Assembly (NCBI GenBank): GCA_964342365.1
Contig: CAYFGW010000001.1
Coordinates: forward strand, 667-51,822
Direction of reading: 5' to 3'
Length of the DNA stretch: 51,156 nt
DNA from: an uncultured Candidatus Sericytochromatia bacterium
GTDB taxonomy: Bacteria > Cyanobacteriota > Sericytochromatia > UBA7694
Part shown: piece by piece, positions 9,969 to 19,810 of the stretch
Numbering within the stretch: the stretch's first letter is position 1
Layout of the letters: the number at the start of each line of letters is the position of its first letter
Made by a program: the position numbers and the translations under genes
Notes under the pieces: generated by a model
The model's database searches: none
The model's input: only the letters and a program-made list of their open reading frames with translations
What the model was told of the DNA's origin: nothing

Positions 9969-10799
9969 ATGGGTCGCGGAGATTTTGGATTTGATGGATT
10001 ATATTCACTACAGGCAGTAAACCAATGGATTGGTGTAATCAATGCCAACCTGAATGCCGCTAACCGAACCGGGTACAAAGCCACCAAGGTGAAATTCAGA
10101 GGCGGTGTGGCCACTGTTGAACGTCGGCCTTTTGGGCCCCTGCTCGGGATTCAATCTCCTGAAACCACCCTGCAAATTGATGAAACCCAGTTAGATTTTT
10201 CGCAGGGTTCCATTGTAGCCTCTACCGAACCTACCCACCTGGCCATTCAGGGCGAAAACGTTTTCTTCAGACTGTCTACCACCATTGATGGTAACGGCGC
10301 TCCTGTGAACAACCCTGTTGATGCGGCATACTATACCCGTGACGGTGAATTTCACGTGATTAACGATGCGGGGAACCTGAGACTCGTACACAGTACCGGC
10401 ATGTATCTGGTGGCCAACGTGGGCGGTACGTTAGAGGGTGTAGAATTTGATGCCCAGAACGACCTGGTGATTATTGACGATAATGCTGCAGGTATTGCAG
10501 GCGCAGGCGTTGTGTTCAATGAAGAGCACCTGGAGGGTTTCAATGCCCCCAACTTCTTGCGCTTCAGCCGCTTTGGTTCCACGGTTTTTGAACAAGTAGG
10601 CGATCTGAACGATGCAGGGCCGTTTGCAGTACAGGCCGGTGCCGCACGGGTTGTGGCTCAGTCTCTGGAAAGTTCCAACAGTTCCCTGTCTCAGGCTTTA
10701 CCAGAACTTTCTCTGGCTCAGAAATTCTTTTCTTCTGTATCCAAAGTGATTTCTGTACACCAGACCAATCTGGATACCGTGATCAACCTGATTCGTTAA
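9969..10799 (+). CDS. Flagellar hook/basal-body rod family protein (FlgF/FlgG-sized), orphan
   Basis: INANLNAANRTGYK, DFSQGSI..HLAIQG, YTRDGEF, LESSN..AQKFFSSVSKVI..VINLIR. Confidence 0.85.
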   Translation: MGRGDFGFDGLYSLQAVNQWIGVINANLNAANRTGYKATKVKFRGGVATVERRPFGPLLGIQSPETTLQIDETQLDFSQGSIVASTEPTHLAIQGENVFFRLSTTIDGNGAPVNNPVDAAYYTRDGEFHVINDAGNLRLVHSTGMYLVANVGGTLEGVEFDAQNDLVIIDDNAAGIAGAGVVFNEEHLEGFNAPNFLRFSRFGSTVFEQVGDLNDAGPFAVQAGAARVVAQSLESSNSSLSQALPELSLAQKFFSSVSKVISVHQTNLDTVINLIR

Positions 10800-12880
10800 G
10801 TCTCCAAGGACACTTTCTTGCAAAACGCCAGCAGGGCTTCAGACCAGGTGGGATTATCAAAAAGTATTCCATTATGTTGCTGAATCTGCTGGCGTAGCTG
10901 TTTATTCCATGCTGTATCGTTGGCCAATCTTACGGCAATGGATACATACTCCTCTTTAGAAGCCGCTACCAGTCCCTTGATGTTCATGAGTTTATACATG
11001 GCCTGGGTCCAGCGGCTTTTATTATAGGGTAAATCCAGGGTCACAATGGGACATCCCAACCCCAACGCCTGATAAGCGGTATTTCCGCCACCAAAGTAGA
11101 AGCTGTCCAGTAACACATCCACGTTCTGAAGCCGTTGATAAAAAATATCCCGTTGAGACCAGTTTAAAAAGTGAATCCGATGATCGTCTTTGACGGTCTG
11201 TGTGAAACGCTTTTGAAGGGCCAGATGAATATCTGCTTTGTTTTTCAGGAACAAAACCTGAGCCGCCGGATCTTTTTCTAAAATACCGTTAACCACCTGA
11301 TCAAATAAAGGGTGTATTTTAAACAAAGTCATGGGACAAAAGTACAATTTTCCCTCAGGTAACCCCAGCTCCTGACGAGGCGCTTGTTTTTGCGGGGGGG
11401 CCGGTTTTTCGTAATCGGGCAAACCCGCCAGCGTGATCAGTTGTTCTGAATAATAGTCGGGGCCTTTTTCAGTTTCCAGCACGTTTGAAGATATAAAATA
11501 ATCCATGGTGTCCATTCCGGTAGTTACCGGATGGCCTGACATGGTCAACTGCACCTTTGCGGTTCGCTGTAGTGCCAGTTCATAGGTGACAATATCCATG
11601 CCCACATCGGTATACATTAAAATATCCAGATTATCGTTGGTCAGTTGTTGGAGAGCCAGAGGGTAAGAAAAAGGCAGTATACGAAAATGATTGGCCGCCG
11701 CTTTAAGCTCCTCAGGAATATCTTCCTCAGCAAAATCGGAAGTGTGGATGGCGTAAAGATAGGTTTCCAGTTCTGGATCTTGCAATACATGTATTAATGC
11801 CCTTTGCAGTAAATGCATGACCGAATGATTGCGCAAATGTCTGGAAACAATACCCACCCGACGCCGTGAGTTGGGTCTTAGCTGCGCGTTTAAATCAGGA
11901 ATGCCGAGACGATAAAAGCGGGACAGTTTTTTTTGCAGGGGCAAATCTTCCTGGTTTTGATAGCTGTGATAAAAGTTGATTTGCCGTGAAAAAGAGACGG
12001 ACTCCAGAGCAAGCTCCGGATGAGGTTTGCTAATTTCTTTGTCCAGAAAGTGATGAAGTTCTATCTGTAACCGCTCTAAATTCTCAAGAGACAGCGGAAC
12101 AGCTTCTTGTAAGCTAGACAACAGCGTTTTTACGGTGTCTCTTCCCTGGTCTCTTTCGTATAAAAGCAGCGCCCATTCAAGGGCCTTGGCGTAATGCTTA
12201 TGAGTCTGAAAAATATCAATCAGATAATCAAAGGTACGTAAATAAGATTTGTTATGAGAAAGTGCTTCTTTAAAATAATTGACCGCCATCTGATCGTTGT
12301 TGGTCAGGCTAAAATATAACCCCATGGCCGTCAGATAAAAAGGCGAGTCAGCAAACTCCTGCACTCGCTGACGCAGTAAAAGAGGGGTAGATTCGCTGTA
12401 CATGTGTTCTTGCAGCAATAAAAGTAAATGGTTCTGAATATTTCGGCGGGTGGGATCCAAATGGGCGGCCCGGGCCAGCATATCCAGCGCCTCTTCAAAT
12501 AAATGAAGAGCGGCGTAGGCCAGAGATACATTATAAAAACTGTCTGCGTCAGGTTTAAGACGTAACAATTGCTCAAACTGTGTTTTTGCGGCTTCTTTTT
12601 TACCCTGATAAAACAGGCTCATCGCCAGATTATTCACGTACTCGGCATGATCGGGAACCAGGGTGTGGGCCTGACGATAGCAGTCTTCGGCGGCGGTGAG
12701 TTGGTTCAAATTTTCCCGGGCAAAACCCAGAAAGTTTAAATAGGCAGCGCGGTGGGTTACGGGAGGTTCTTCATTGAGTAAATGATTCAGATAATCGGCG
12801 GCTGCTTGATACGCCTGCTGTTGAAAAAGAGCCTTAATGCGGGTTTGAACAGGTTCAGGAATCTTCTTCTGCTGCGGCAT
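10796..12880 (-). CDS. TPR + GT41 (OGT/SPINDLY-like) protein glycosyltransferase
   Basis: N-terminal TPRs; VGIVSRHLRNHSV, LDILMYTDVGMD, GHPVTTGM..MDYFIS, LFKIHP, DVLLDSFYFGGGNT..ALGLGCPIVT. Confidence 0.88.
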   Translation of the reverse strand: MPQQKKIPEPVQTRIKALFQQQAYQAAADYLNHLLNEEPPVTHRAAYLNFLGFARENLNQLTAAEDCYRQAHTLVPDHAEYVNNLAMSLFYQGKKEAAKTQFEQLLRLKPDADSFYNVSLAYAALHLFEEALDMLARAAHLDPTRRNIQNHLLLLLQEHMYSESTPLLLRQRVQEFADSPFYLTAMGLYFSLTNNDQMAVNYFKEALSHNKSYLRTFDYLIDIFQTHKHYAKALEWALLLYERDQGRDTVKTLLSSLQEAVPLSLENLERLQIELHHFLDKEISKPHPELALESVSFSRQINFYHSYQNQEDLPLQKKLSRFYRLGIPDLNAQLRPNSRRRVGIVSRHLRNHSVMHLLQRALIHVLQDPELETYLYAIHTSDFAEEDIPEELKAAANHFRILPFSYPLALQQLTNDNLDILMYTDVGMDIVTYELALQRTAKVQLTMSGHPVTTGMDTMDYFISSNVLETEKGPDYYSEQLITLAGLPDYEKPAPPQKQAPRQELGLPEGKLYFCPMTLFKIHPLFDQVVNGILEKDPAAQVLFLKNKADIHLALQKRFTQTVKDDHRIHFLNWSQRDIFYQRLQNVDVLLDSFYFGGGNTAYQALGLGCPIVTLDLPYNKSRWTQAMYKLMNIKGLVAASKEEYVSIAVRLANDTAWNKQLRQQIQQHNGILFDNPTWSEALLAFCKKVSLET

Positions 12881-13853
12881 GAAGGGCTTCGAGTCGTGCT
12901 TTCATATAGTTTAGAGCACCCTGAATATCTTTGTTTTCCGGCTCCACCAGCAGGGCTTGTTCTGCCAGAGTAATGCCTTTTTCAAATTCTCCCGTGTTGC
13001 TATACAAACCAATCAAAAGCTCATGGGCTTCTACCACATTGGGTTTGAGTTCAATCACTTTTTCAAAATAGGGAATCGCTTCGTCGAAGCGTTCCAATTC
13101 CATTAAGATCATGCCCCGGTGCAAATAGGTGGTGTCCTCATCGGGAATAAACTCCTGAAGTGATTCAAGCTCTCGCATGGAAATTAAATATTTGCCCTGA
13201 TGGTGATACGCGTCTGCTAAAGTGAGGCGAGCTTCCACAAATCCTGGCTCAAGCCGCAGAGCGTGTTGCAAATTAGAGATGCAGGGGTAGTAGGCGCGTA
13301 ATTCGCTGTAGGCCATGCCCAGCATGAAAAAGGCGTTGACATTCTGAGGATCTGCCAGAATGAGCGCTTCAAAAAGTTCTACCGCTTCCGTGTATTTCTT
13401 TTGCCCCACGTATACAAATCCCAGGCGAAAGCGGGCGTCAATATTATCGGGGTTTAAGTGAATGGCCTTCTGAAAAGACTCAGCAGCTTCGTCCAGTTGG
13501 CCCTGTTCCATCAGGGCGATGCCATCGCGCACGAACTCGTTCATGAATTCGGGGTCTGTGGTCAGAGCGTTATACACCGACTGTTTGAGGGTATTGATAG
13601 CCCGTCGGGCAATTTTGAGTAAACCAAATACGTTGTACAGGGGAGATAGCGGAGGGTGTAACTCAATAGCGCGCACCATCTCACCTTCTGCCTCCGCCAT
13701 GCGCTGTTGGCGAAACATCAGCATGCTCTGCCGCATGTGTTCGTAGGCAGCAACAGAAATCACGTCATTGTTTTTATCCCGACGAATACTTTCGTCGGGA
13801 ATATCCAGAGACAGTTCGGTTTCTATTTCGGGCAAAGAATTTTCTGTGGTCAT
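12855..13853 (-). CDS. Tetratricopeptide repeat protein
   Basis: Several tandem 34-aa TPRs; overlaps the GT41 start. Confidence 0.85.
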   Translation of the reverse strand: MTTENSLPEIETELSLDIPDESIRRDKNNDVISVAAYEHMRQSMLMFRQQRMAEAEGEMVRAIELHPPLSPLYNVFGLLKIARRAINTLKQSVYNALTTDPEFMNEFVRDGIALMEQGQLDEAAESFQKAIHLNPDNIDARFRLGFVYVGQKKYTEAVELFEALILADPQNVNAFFMLGMAYSELRAYYPCISNLQHALRLEPGFVEARLTLADAYHHQGKYLISMRELESLQEFIPDEDTTYLHRGMILMELERFDEAIPYFEKVIELKPNVVEAHELLIGLYSNTGEFEKGITLAEQALLVEPENKDIQGALNYMKARLEALHAAAEEDS

Positions 13854-13914
13854 TGACTCGTACTTGAAAAATTAGACTTGAAAAAAAAATGGGTATTCTT
13901 TATCATAGCATCAA

Positions 13915-14229
13915 ATGCAAAATAGTATGACCCCCGAAGCCTACCAGCGTTACCTCGATCGCATTCGTTACTGCAAAACCCTGGACGCGCTCCAGGAAAT
14001 TGTCTCAGCGGTTATAAAACCCACGGGATTTGGTGACAATCGTGTAGAAGGAGTGGACGTGGGGTTAAACTATTACGAAATGGCGATTTGTCTCAAAGAA
14101 ACCGACCAGATTTTCTTTCAAAAGTCTATTGAGCTGTTAATCTTTGCCCATCAGCAAATCGACATAATAGAAAGGGGACAGGTTCCCGAACCGCCGGAAA
14201 CTGTCCCCACCTGGCAAATGTTTACGTAA
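13915..14229 (+). CDS. Hypothetical protein
   Basis: Fills the gap; TTGAAA-17nt-TATCAT directly upstream (13878-13906). Confidence 0.65.
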   Translation: MQNSMTPEAYQRYLDRIRYCKTLDALQEIVSAVIKPTGFGDNRVEGVDVGLNYYEMAICLKETDQIFFQKSIELLIFAHQQIDIIERGQVPEPPETVPTWQMFT

Positions 14230-14232
14230 ATC

Positions 14233-15282
14233 CTAGAGCTTGAACTTACTGTCAGAAATAGACGCGGGGAACGCCATTTTCTTCAGAATCATACGGAAGT
14301 AAGGGTCTTTTTCTCCGTTATACATCTCCCAGAGACGAACCGAGTAGGTATCGGGTTCAAAGCCGAGGTATTCGTGCTGAACACGGGCATCAAGCGTGTT
14401 AGTACCTGAAGTCGTAACCTTGAGAATATGTACCTTGGTGCCTTCTACATTGGTGGCTCCGATCAATTCCGCATCGTAGCCGTTAGACAGACGGGTAATC
14501 AGTCCCACCATGTCGATATCGTCTGCTAAATAGCCGTTAGCAGAGGTAACGCGATCGTCGGTTTTGTCAAGGTCCAGTTTGAAAATGCTTTTCTTGATTT
14601 TTACTTTATCACCTACACCGGAAGTGTAAGTGGCGCTGACACCATCAGAACCGGTGGTGGATTGAACAATGTCAATTCTTACGTTATTGGGCGCTTTCGA
14701 CCACATATTAATAACGTTGGAGGACACTTTGCCTGTTTCCAGGTTTTTCTCGATTTTTTCTGCGGTGAGCTCTACAAACTGGGCGTTTTTATACTTTTCA
14801 ACGATTTCTTGTAAAGCTGCAGCACCTTTGTCTTTGTTGCTGAGTTTGGGTTTTGCGGCGGGTTTTGGTGTAGCTTTGGGGGTGGGTTTTTTGCTTGTAG
14901 ATTTAGAGGATGAAGTACGACTTTTACTGCTGGTGCGGCTGCTAGAGCTGCTTCGACTGCTGGAAGAACTGCTGGTGCGACTGCTAGAGCTGCTTCTGCT
15001 TCGACTTGAGCTTTCGGTGGCGGGCTGAATGTCTAATGCACGAATCTCTTTTCGTAGATCTTCAATACCGGCCAGAATTTTGGGTATGGCTGCGGCAATT
15101 TCGCTGTCTACGTTATTAGAAGACGCTCCTGCGGGACTGGGCAGTGCCGAATCCGTGTTCAGGGAAGAATTTAGACTGGTGGACAGGGATGCTCCCGTGG
15201 GGGCCAGATCGCTTCCTCCACCACAGGCGGTTAAAAACATCGAGCTGGTAAGGGCGAAGGCCGCAAACTTTTTGAAAGACAT
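14233..15282 (-). CDS. Lipoprotein with Ser-rich linker and LolA-like C-terminal domain
   Basis: MSFKKFAAFALTSSMFLTA-C lipobox; GAGGAG SD; beta-rich C-terminus (MWSKAPNNVRIDI..KVHILKV..YLGFEPDTY). Confidence 0.75.
   Translation of the reverse strand: MSFKKFAAFALTSSMFLTACGGGSDLAPTGASLSTSLNSSLNTDSALPSPAGASSNNVDSEIAAAIPKILAGIEDLRKEIRALDIQPATESSSRSRSSSSSRTSSSSSSRSSSSSRTSSKSRTSSSKSTSKKPTPKATPKPAAKPKLSNKDKGAAALQEIVEKYKNAQFVELTAEKIEKNLETGKVSSNVINMWSKAPNNVRIDIVQSTTGSDGVSATYTSGVGDKVKIKKSIFKLDLDKTDDRVTSANGYLADDIDMVGLITRLSNGYDAELIGATNVEGTKVHILKVTTSGTNTLDARVQHEYLGFEPDTYSVRLWEMYNGEKDPYFRMILKKMAFPASISDSKFKL
14926..14996. repeat. 29-nt direct repeat, 42-nt period, encoding the Ser/Arg linker
   Basis: ACTGCTGGTGCG(G/A)CTGCTAGAGCTGCTTC at 14926 and 14968. 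Confidence 0.8.
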
Positions 15283-15442
15283 AAAATCATACTCCTCTAC
15301 TACGCATGGCAACAAAAATCATTGCTATTAAACTTATTATAAGCTAAAAATAGACTTTTCTTACGTCAAAAGGTTAATTTTAGTTTATATATCCCCTAAA
15401 AAGTATTTAATTTTTCCTAAAAAAGAGGGGTGTCTAAGGCGT

Positions 15443-15469
15443 TTGTCAGCCTGTAAGCTATGATATACT
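15443..15469 (+). promoter_or_regulatory. Putative sigma70-type promoter of nuoJ-N
   Basis: TTGTCA ... TG-A-TATACT (extended -10). Confidence 0.5.
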
Positions 15470-15552
15470 GTCTCATGCTCACAGGTGAACCTGCGTCTTT
15501 TTGCGCCCCTGTCGGCATCAATAAAGCACACAAAACACAATTGAAATAAATC

Positions 15553-16056
15553 ATGGAAACCAACATTTACTTTATTATTCTTGCGGCGGTGGCCCTGGCG
15601 GGAGCCTTAACCACCATTACAAGATCTCACCCACTTTCAGCGACTCTTTCTCTGGTGGTCACTCTGATCGCTCTGGCGGGGCTTTATGCACTGCTGGTGG
15701 CTGATTTTCTTTTCGTTATCCAAATTCTTGTTTATGCGGGGGCGATTATGGCCCTCATGGTGTTTGTGATCATGCTTTTGAATGTTAAAGAAGAACAACT
15801 GCCCGTGGAAAAGGCTATGAAACGCAAGGTGGGTTTAACTCTCCTTTTTATGGCTCCTTTGTTTTATCTGGTGGAGCGTTCTCTTTATTCTCAATTCGGC
15901 ACAACGCCTTTTGTTCCGGCAGGCCCTGGTTTTGGCACCATCAAATCCGTTGGTCAGCTTTTGTATAACCAGTACTATATTTCCTTTGAAATCGTTTCTA
16001 TTCTCTTACTGGTGGCCCTCATAGGCGTCGTGGCCCTGGCAAAAAGGAGAGCATAA
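15553..16056 (+). CDS. nuoJ: NADH-quinone oxidoreductase subunit J
   Basis: QILVYAGAIMALMVFVIMLLN; FEIVSILLLVALIG. Confidence 0.95.
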   Translation: METNIYFIILAAVALAGALTTITRSHPLSATLSLVVTLIALAGLYALLVADFLFVIQILVYAGAIMALMVFVIMLLNVKEEQLPVEKAMKRKVGLTLLFMAPLFYLVERSLYSQFGTTPFVPAGPGFGTIKSVGQLLYNQYYISFEIVSILLLVALIGVVALAKRRA

Positions 16057-16358
16057 TGCTCACTGTTTTTCATTACCTCACGGTCAGTGCTTTACTCTTT
16101 TTTATTGGTATGGCCGGTTTTATTGCCCGCAAAAACATGTTCATTATGTTTTTGTCCCTAGAGCTGATGCTCAACGGCATTAACCTGAGCTTTGTCACTT
16201 TTTCCCGACACTTTCAGGAAATGAGCGGTCACGTTTTTGTTTTTTTCGTGATTGCGGTGGCTGCCTCTGAGGCCGCGATCAGTCTGGCCCTCGTTATTCT
16301 TATTTACAAAAATCGTCAAACCATTGATATTGACGCTATTAATCAGTTGAAAGGATAA
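16056..16358 (+). CDS. nuoK: NADH-quinone oxidoreductase subunit K
   Basis: SLELMLNGINL; AVAASEAAISLA. Confidence 0.95.
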   Translation: MLTVFHYLTVSALLFFIGMAGFIARKNMFIMFLSLELMLNGINLSFVTFSRHFQEMSGHVFVFFVIAVAASEAAISLALVILIYKNRQTIDIDAINQLKG

Positions 16359-16361
16359 GCC

Positions 16362-18287
16362 ATGCAAACCTCCACTCTTCTTCCGCTTATTCTTCTTTTC
16401 CCTTTCCTGGGCGCCCTTATTTTAGGCGTTTTGTCGCTTACCCACCACGATAAACCCGACGGTCCCTCAGAATCTATGGTGGGAACACTGGCCGTGGCAG
16501 GCCCCCTCTTATCGGCGCTATGTGCCCTGACTCTTTTTGCACAGCAGGTCATCAATCCCGAATTGCTCTGGTCTTTTGTACTGGGGACGTGGATTGATGT
16601 GCCCGCTTTTAAGCTCACCCTGGGCTTACAAATGGATCATCTTTCCGGCATGATGGCCGCTATGATTACCTTTATTGGCACCCTGATTCACTTATTCTCG
16701 GTGTCTTATATGCAAAAAGATCGCGGGTTTGCGCGCTACTTTGCCTATCTCAATCTGTTTTTTACGGCCATGTTGCTGTTAATTCTTTCGGACAATGTGG
16801 TGGGACTCTTTATGGGCTGGGAAGGTGTGGGCGTTTGCTCTTATCTTCTGATTGGTTTCTGGTTCAAGGATCTGGCCAAAGCACAGGCGGGTACAAAAGC
16901 CTTTGTGGCTAACCGCGTGGGTGATTTTGGTTTTCTGTTGGGCATTTTCTTTTTGTTTATGCAGACCGGCGCTTTTGACTTTATGTCTATTCAGGGTGTT
17001 TTTGACAGAGGGGCCGTGGCCCCGGCTATGATTAGTATTATTGGCTTTTTGCTGTTTATCGGAGCCATGGGTAAATCTGCTCAGATTCCCTTACACGTGT
17101 GGTTACCCGACGCGATGGCGGGCCCCACGCCCGTTTCTGCTCTGATTCACGCGGCCACCATGGTGACCGCGGGGGTTTATATGGTGGCCCGCATGAATTT
17201 TCTCTATACTCAGACGCCCAGCGTTTCCTTCTTTATTATGCTGACAGGTACGCTCACTGCTTTTGTGGCCGCCACCATTGCACTGGTGCAAACGGACATC
17301 AAGAAAGTGCTGGCTTATTCTACCGTTAGTCAACTGGGCTATATGTTTATGGGGGTTGGAGCTGGTGCCTATGCCGCGGGCATGTTTCACGTATTTACCC
17401 ACGCCTTTTTCAAAGCTGCTCTCTTTCTGGGAGCAGGTGCCGTCATTTACTGTCTGCACCATGAACAGGATATGCGCAAAATGGGCGGACTGCGCAAAGC
17501 GCTGCCTGTGACCCATCTCGCCATGCTTATTTCCTGTCTGGCCATTGCGGGTATTCCTCCCTTTGCCGGCTTCTTTAGTAAAGACGAAATTCTCTTTTCG
17601 CTCTGGGATAAAGGCCACTACGCTTTCTGGGCGGTGGGCCTTGTGACCGCGGGTCTAACGGCATTTTATATGTTTAGACTTTATTTTATGACCTTTGCCT
17701 CAGACTATCGCGGCAGTCACGACATAACGCCTGAGCCCACGCTCATGAAAATTCCTTTGTTATTGCTGGCATTAGGTGCCACGGTAACCGGCTTTCTGGG
17801 CTTACCCGCAGCGCTGGGACTTCCCAACTGGTTTGAACACTTTTTAGCACCTGTGGTAGGTGCACATCACCCTGAGGCAAGTACCGCTCTGGTGATGGGG
17901 CTCATGGCCGCTTCTGTAGTGGCTGGTGTCATTGGCATTGTGGTGGCCCGTCAACGTTATGGCAATATTACGACCCTTCCAGAGGCACAAGAAAACCCAC
18001 GTCCGCTGGTGAAGGTGTTGGAGCACAAATACGGTTTTGACATGCTCTATACCGAAGGCATCGTGAACCCGCTCAAAAAACTGGGCTACTACGGCTGGCA
18101 AATCGGTGACAATATTCTCATCGGTGGTGTTGTCGCTCTGATTCAGTGGGTATACAAGGTGGTGGGGCTTTTTGCCCGACAGTTCCACTTTGGCAACGTC
18201 CGTGCCTACGGACACTATCTGGTGGTAGGGCTTTTTATTCTCTTTTACCTTTATTTTGCCCTGCACTTCCCTGAGGTTTTCTCATGA
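16362..18287 (+). CDS. nuoL: NADH-quinone oxidoreductase subunit L
   Basis: GWEGVGVCSYLLIGFW; GKSAQIPLHVWLPDAMAGPTPVSALIHAATMVTAG. Confidence 0.96.
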   Translation: MQTSTLLPLILLFPFLGALILGVLSLTHHDKPDGPSESMVGTLAVAGPLLSALCALTLFAQQVINPELLWSFVLGTWIDVPAFKLTLGLQMDHLSGMMAAMITFIGTLIHLFSVSYMQKDRGFARYFAYLNLFFTAMLLLILSDNVVGLFMGWEGVGVCSYLLIGFWFKDLAKAQAGTKAFVANRVGDFGFLLGIFFLFMQTGAFDFMSIQGVFDRGAVAPAMISIIGFLLFIGAMGKSAQIPLHVWLPDAMAGPTPVSALIHAATMVTAGVYMVARMNFLYTQTPSVSFFIMLTGTLTAFVAATIALVQTDIKKVLAYSTVSQLGYMFMGVGAGAYAAGMFHVFTHAFFKAALFLGAGAVIYCLHHEQDMRKMGGLRKALPVTHLAMLISCLAIAGIPPFAGFFSKDEILFSLWDKGHYAFWAVGLVTAGLTAFYMFRLYFMTFASDYRGSHDITPEPTLMKIPLLLLALGATVTGFLGLPAALGLPNWFEHFLAPVVGAHHPEASTALVMGLMAASVVAGVIGIVVARQRYGNITTLPEAQENPRPLVKVLEHKYGFDMLYTEGIVNPLKKLGYYGWQIGDNILIGGVVALIQWVYKVVGLFARQFHFGNVRAYGHYLVVGLFILFYLYFALHFPEVFS

Positions 18288-19810
18288 TGTTATCTGTTCT
18301 TATCTTTCTTCCGCTCATTGTGGGCTTTATTTTACTGGCTCTGCCTGAGCGCCTGAATAAAATTTCCCAAACCCTCGCGTTGGGCACCGCTGCTGTTAAC
18401 CTGGGACTTTCGCTCTTTGTGTGGTCTCAAATGGCCACCGCAGGTGGACTGCAGATGGTGCAAAAGCTCAGTTGGATTCCCCAATGGGGCATTGCTTACC
18501 ATATTGGTATTGACGGCATCAGTATTTTTCTGGTGTTATTGACCACTTTGTTTACCCTATTGGCCGGGGCTTATGCCTATCACAACGGACCCGAGCGCAG
18601 CGCTGGCAAGTTTTACGCCCTGACCCTGATTTTGTCTTCGGGCATGATTGGCACGGTGCTGTCCGTGAATTTAATCTTGTTCTATCTGTTCTGGGAACTC
18701 ATGCTGATTCCCATGTATTTTTTAATTGGTATCTGGGGCGGCAGCCAGCGCACCCGTGCGGTGACTCACTTTGTGATTTACACCATGCTGGGTTCTCTGG
18801 TGCTTTTGTTCAGCTTTTTGTATCTGGCGGTACAGGTAGAGGCTCGCACAGGAACTCTGTCCTTTGACTTGACTTATTTAATGGGAACGCTGGCTCAGAT
18901 GTCTTCTGAAGGTGGTGTTACCGCCGTGCAACACGCCCTCTTCTTTGGTCTGGCGCTGGCCTTTTTAATCAAGCTTCCCGTGTTCCCTTTTCACACCTGG
19001 TTGCCCAATACCTATACAGAAGCCCCTGCGGTGGTCACTTTTTTACTTTCGGGTGTCATGGCAAAAATGGGGGTTTACGGACTGATTCGTATTGCCGTTC
19101 CGCTGTTTCCAGACAGCATGCGCTATCTTGGACCCACACTGTCGGGAATGGCGATTATTGGCATTGTGTATGGTGCTGTTCTGGCGTTGGGTCAGACGGA
19201 CCTTAAACGCCTGATTGCCTATTCATCCTTTTCACACATGGGCCTGATTGCCCTGGGTGTATTTAGCTGGAACGCCATTAGTCTGAACGGTGTCACCTAT
19301 CATATTATGAATCACGCGGTGGCTACAGGTTGCCTCTTCTTGCTGGTGGGGCTGATTGAAAAACACCATGGCACCACTGAAATTTCAAAACTCGGCGGCC
19401 TGGCAGAAAAAATGCCCGTGTTTGCTTTTTTGTTTTTGCTCAGCAGTTTTGCTTCCATAGGCGTCCCCTTACTGAACGGTTTTGTGGGCGAATTTATGAT
19501 TTTGCTGGGCGTTGCTACCTACAGCCCCTTGTTCACGTTCCTGGCGGCCCTGACGCTTATTCTTTCAGCAGGCTATATGCTGAACCTGATCCAGCGTTTC
19601 CTGTTTGGGCCACTCACATTGCCCGGTGACGCTTTCAAGTTGCGCTCCACAGACTGGTTGGCCATTGGCCCGCTGTGCGTGCTGATGGTGCTCATGGGTA
19701 TTTATACCCAACCCTTCACACGCTATATTGCGCCTGCTGTGAAGCATACCTTAACTCATTATCAGACGCAGCTGCACGTGCAGCAGCCTGCCGGAGATAC
19801 TCATGGATAA
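18284..19810 (+). CDS. nuoM: NADH-quinone oxidoreductase subunit M
   Basis: FWELMLIPMYFLIGIWG; IKLPVFPFHTWLP; KRLIAYSS. Confidence 0.95.
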   Translation: MMLSVLIFLPLIVGFILLALPERLNKISQTLALGTAAVNLGLSLFVWSQMATAGGLQMVQKLSWIPQWGIAYHIGIDGISIFLVLLTTLFTLLAGAYAYHNGPERSAGKFYALTLILSSGMIGTVLSVNLILFYLFWELMLIPMYFLIGIWGGSQRTRAVTHFVIYTMLGSLVLLFSFLYLAVQVEARTGTLSFDLTYLMGTLAQMSSEGGVTAVQHALFFGLALAFLIKLPVFPFHTWLPNTYTEAPAVVTFLLSGVMAKMGVYGLIRIAVPLFPDSMRYLGPTLSGMAIIGIVYGAVLALGQTDLKRLIAYSSFSHMGLIALGVFSWNAISLNGVTYHIMNHAVATGCLFLLVGLIEKHHGTTEISKLGGLAEKMPVFAFLFLLSSFASIGVPLLNGFVGEFMILLGVATYSPLFTFLAALTLILSAGYMLNLIQRFLFGPLTLPGDAFKLRSTDWLAIGPLCVLMVLMGIYTQPFTRYIAPAVKHTLTHYQTQLHVQQPAGDTHG

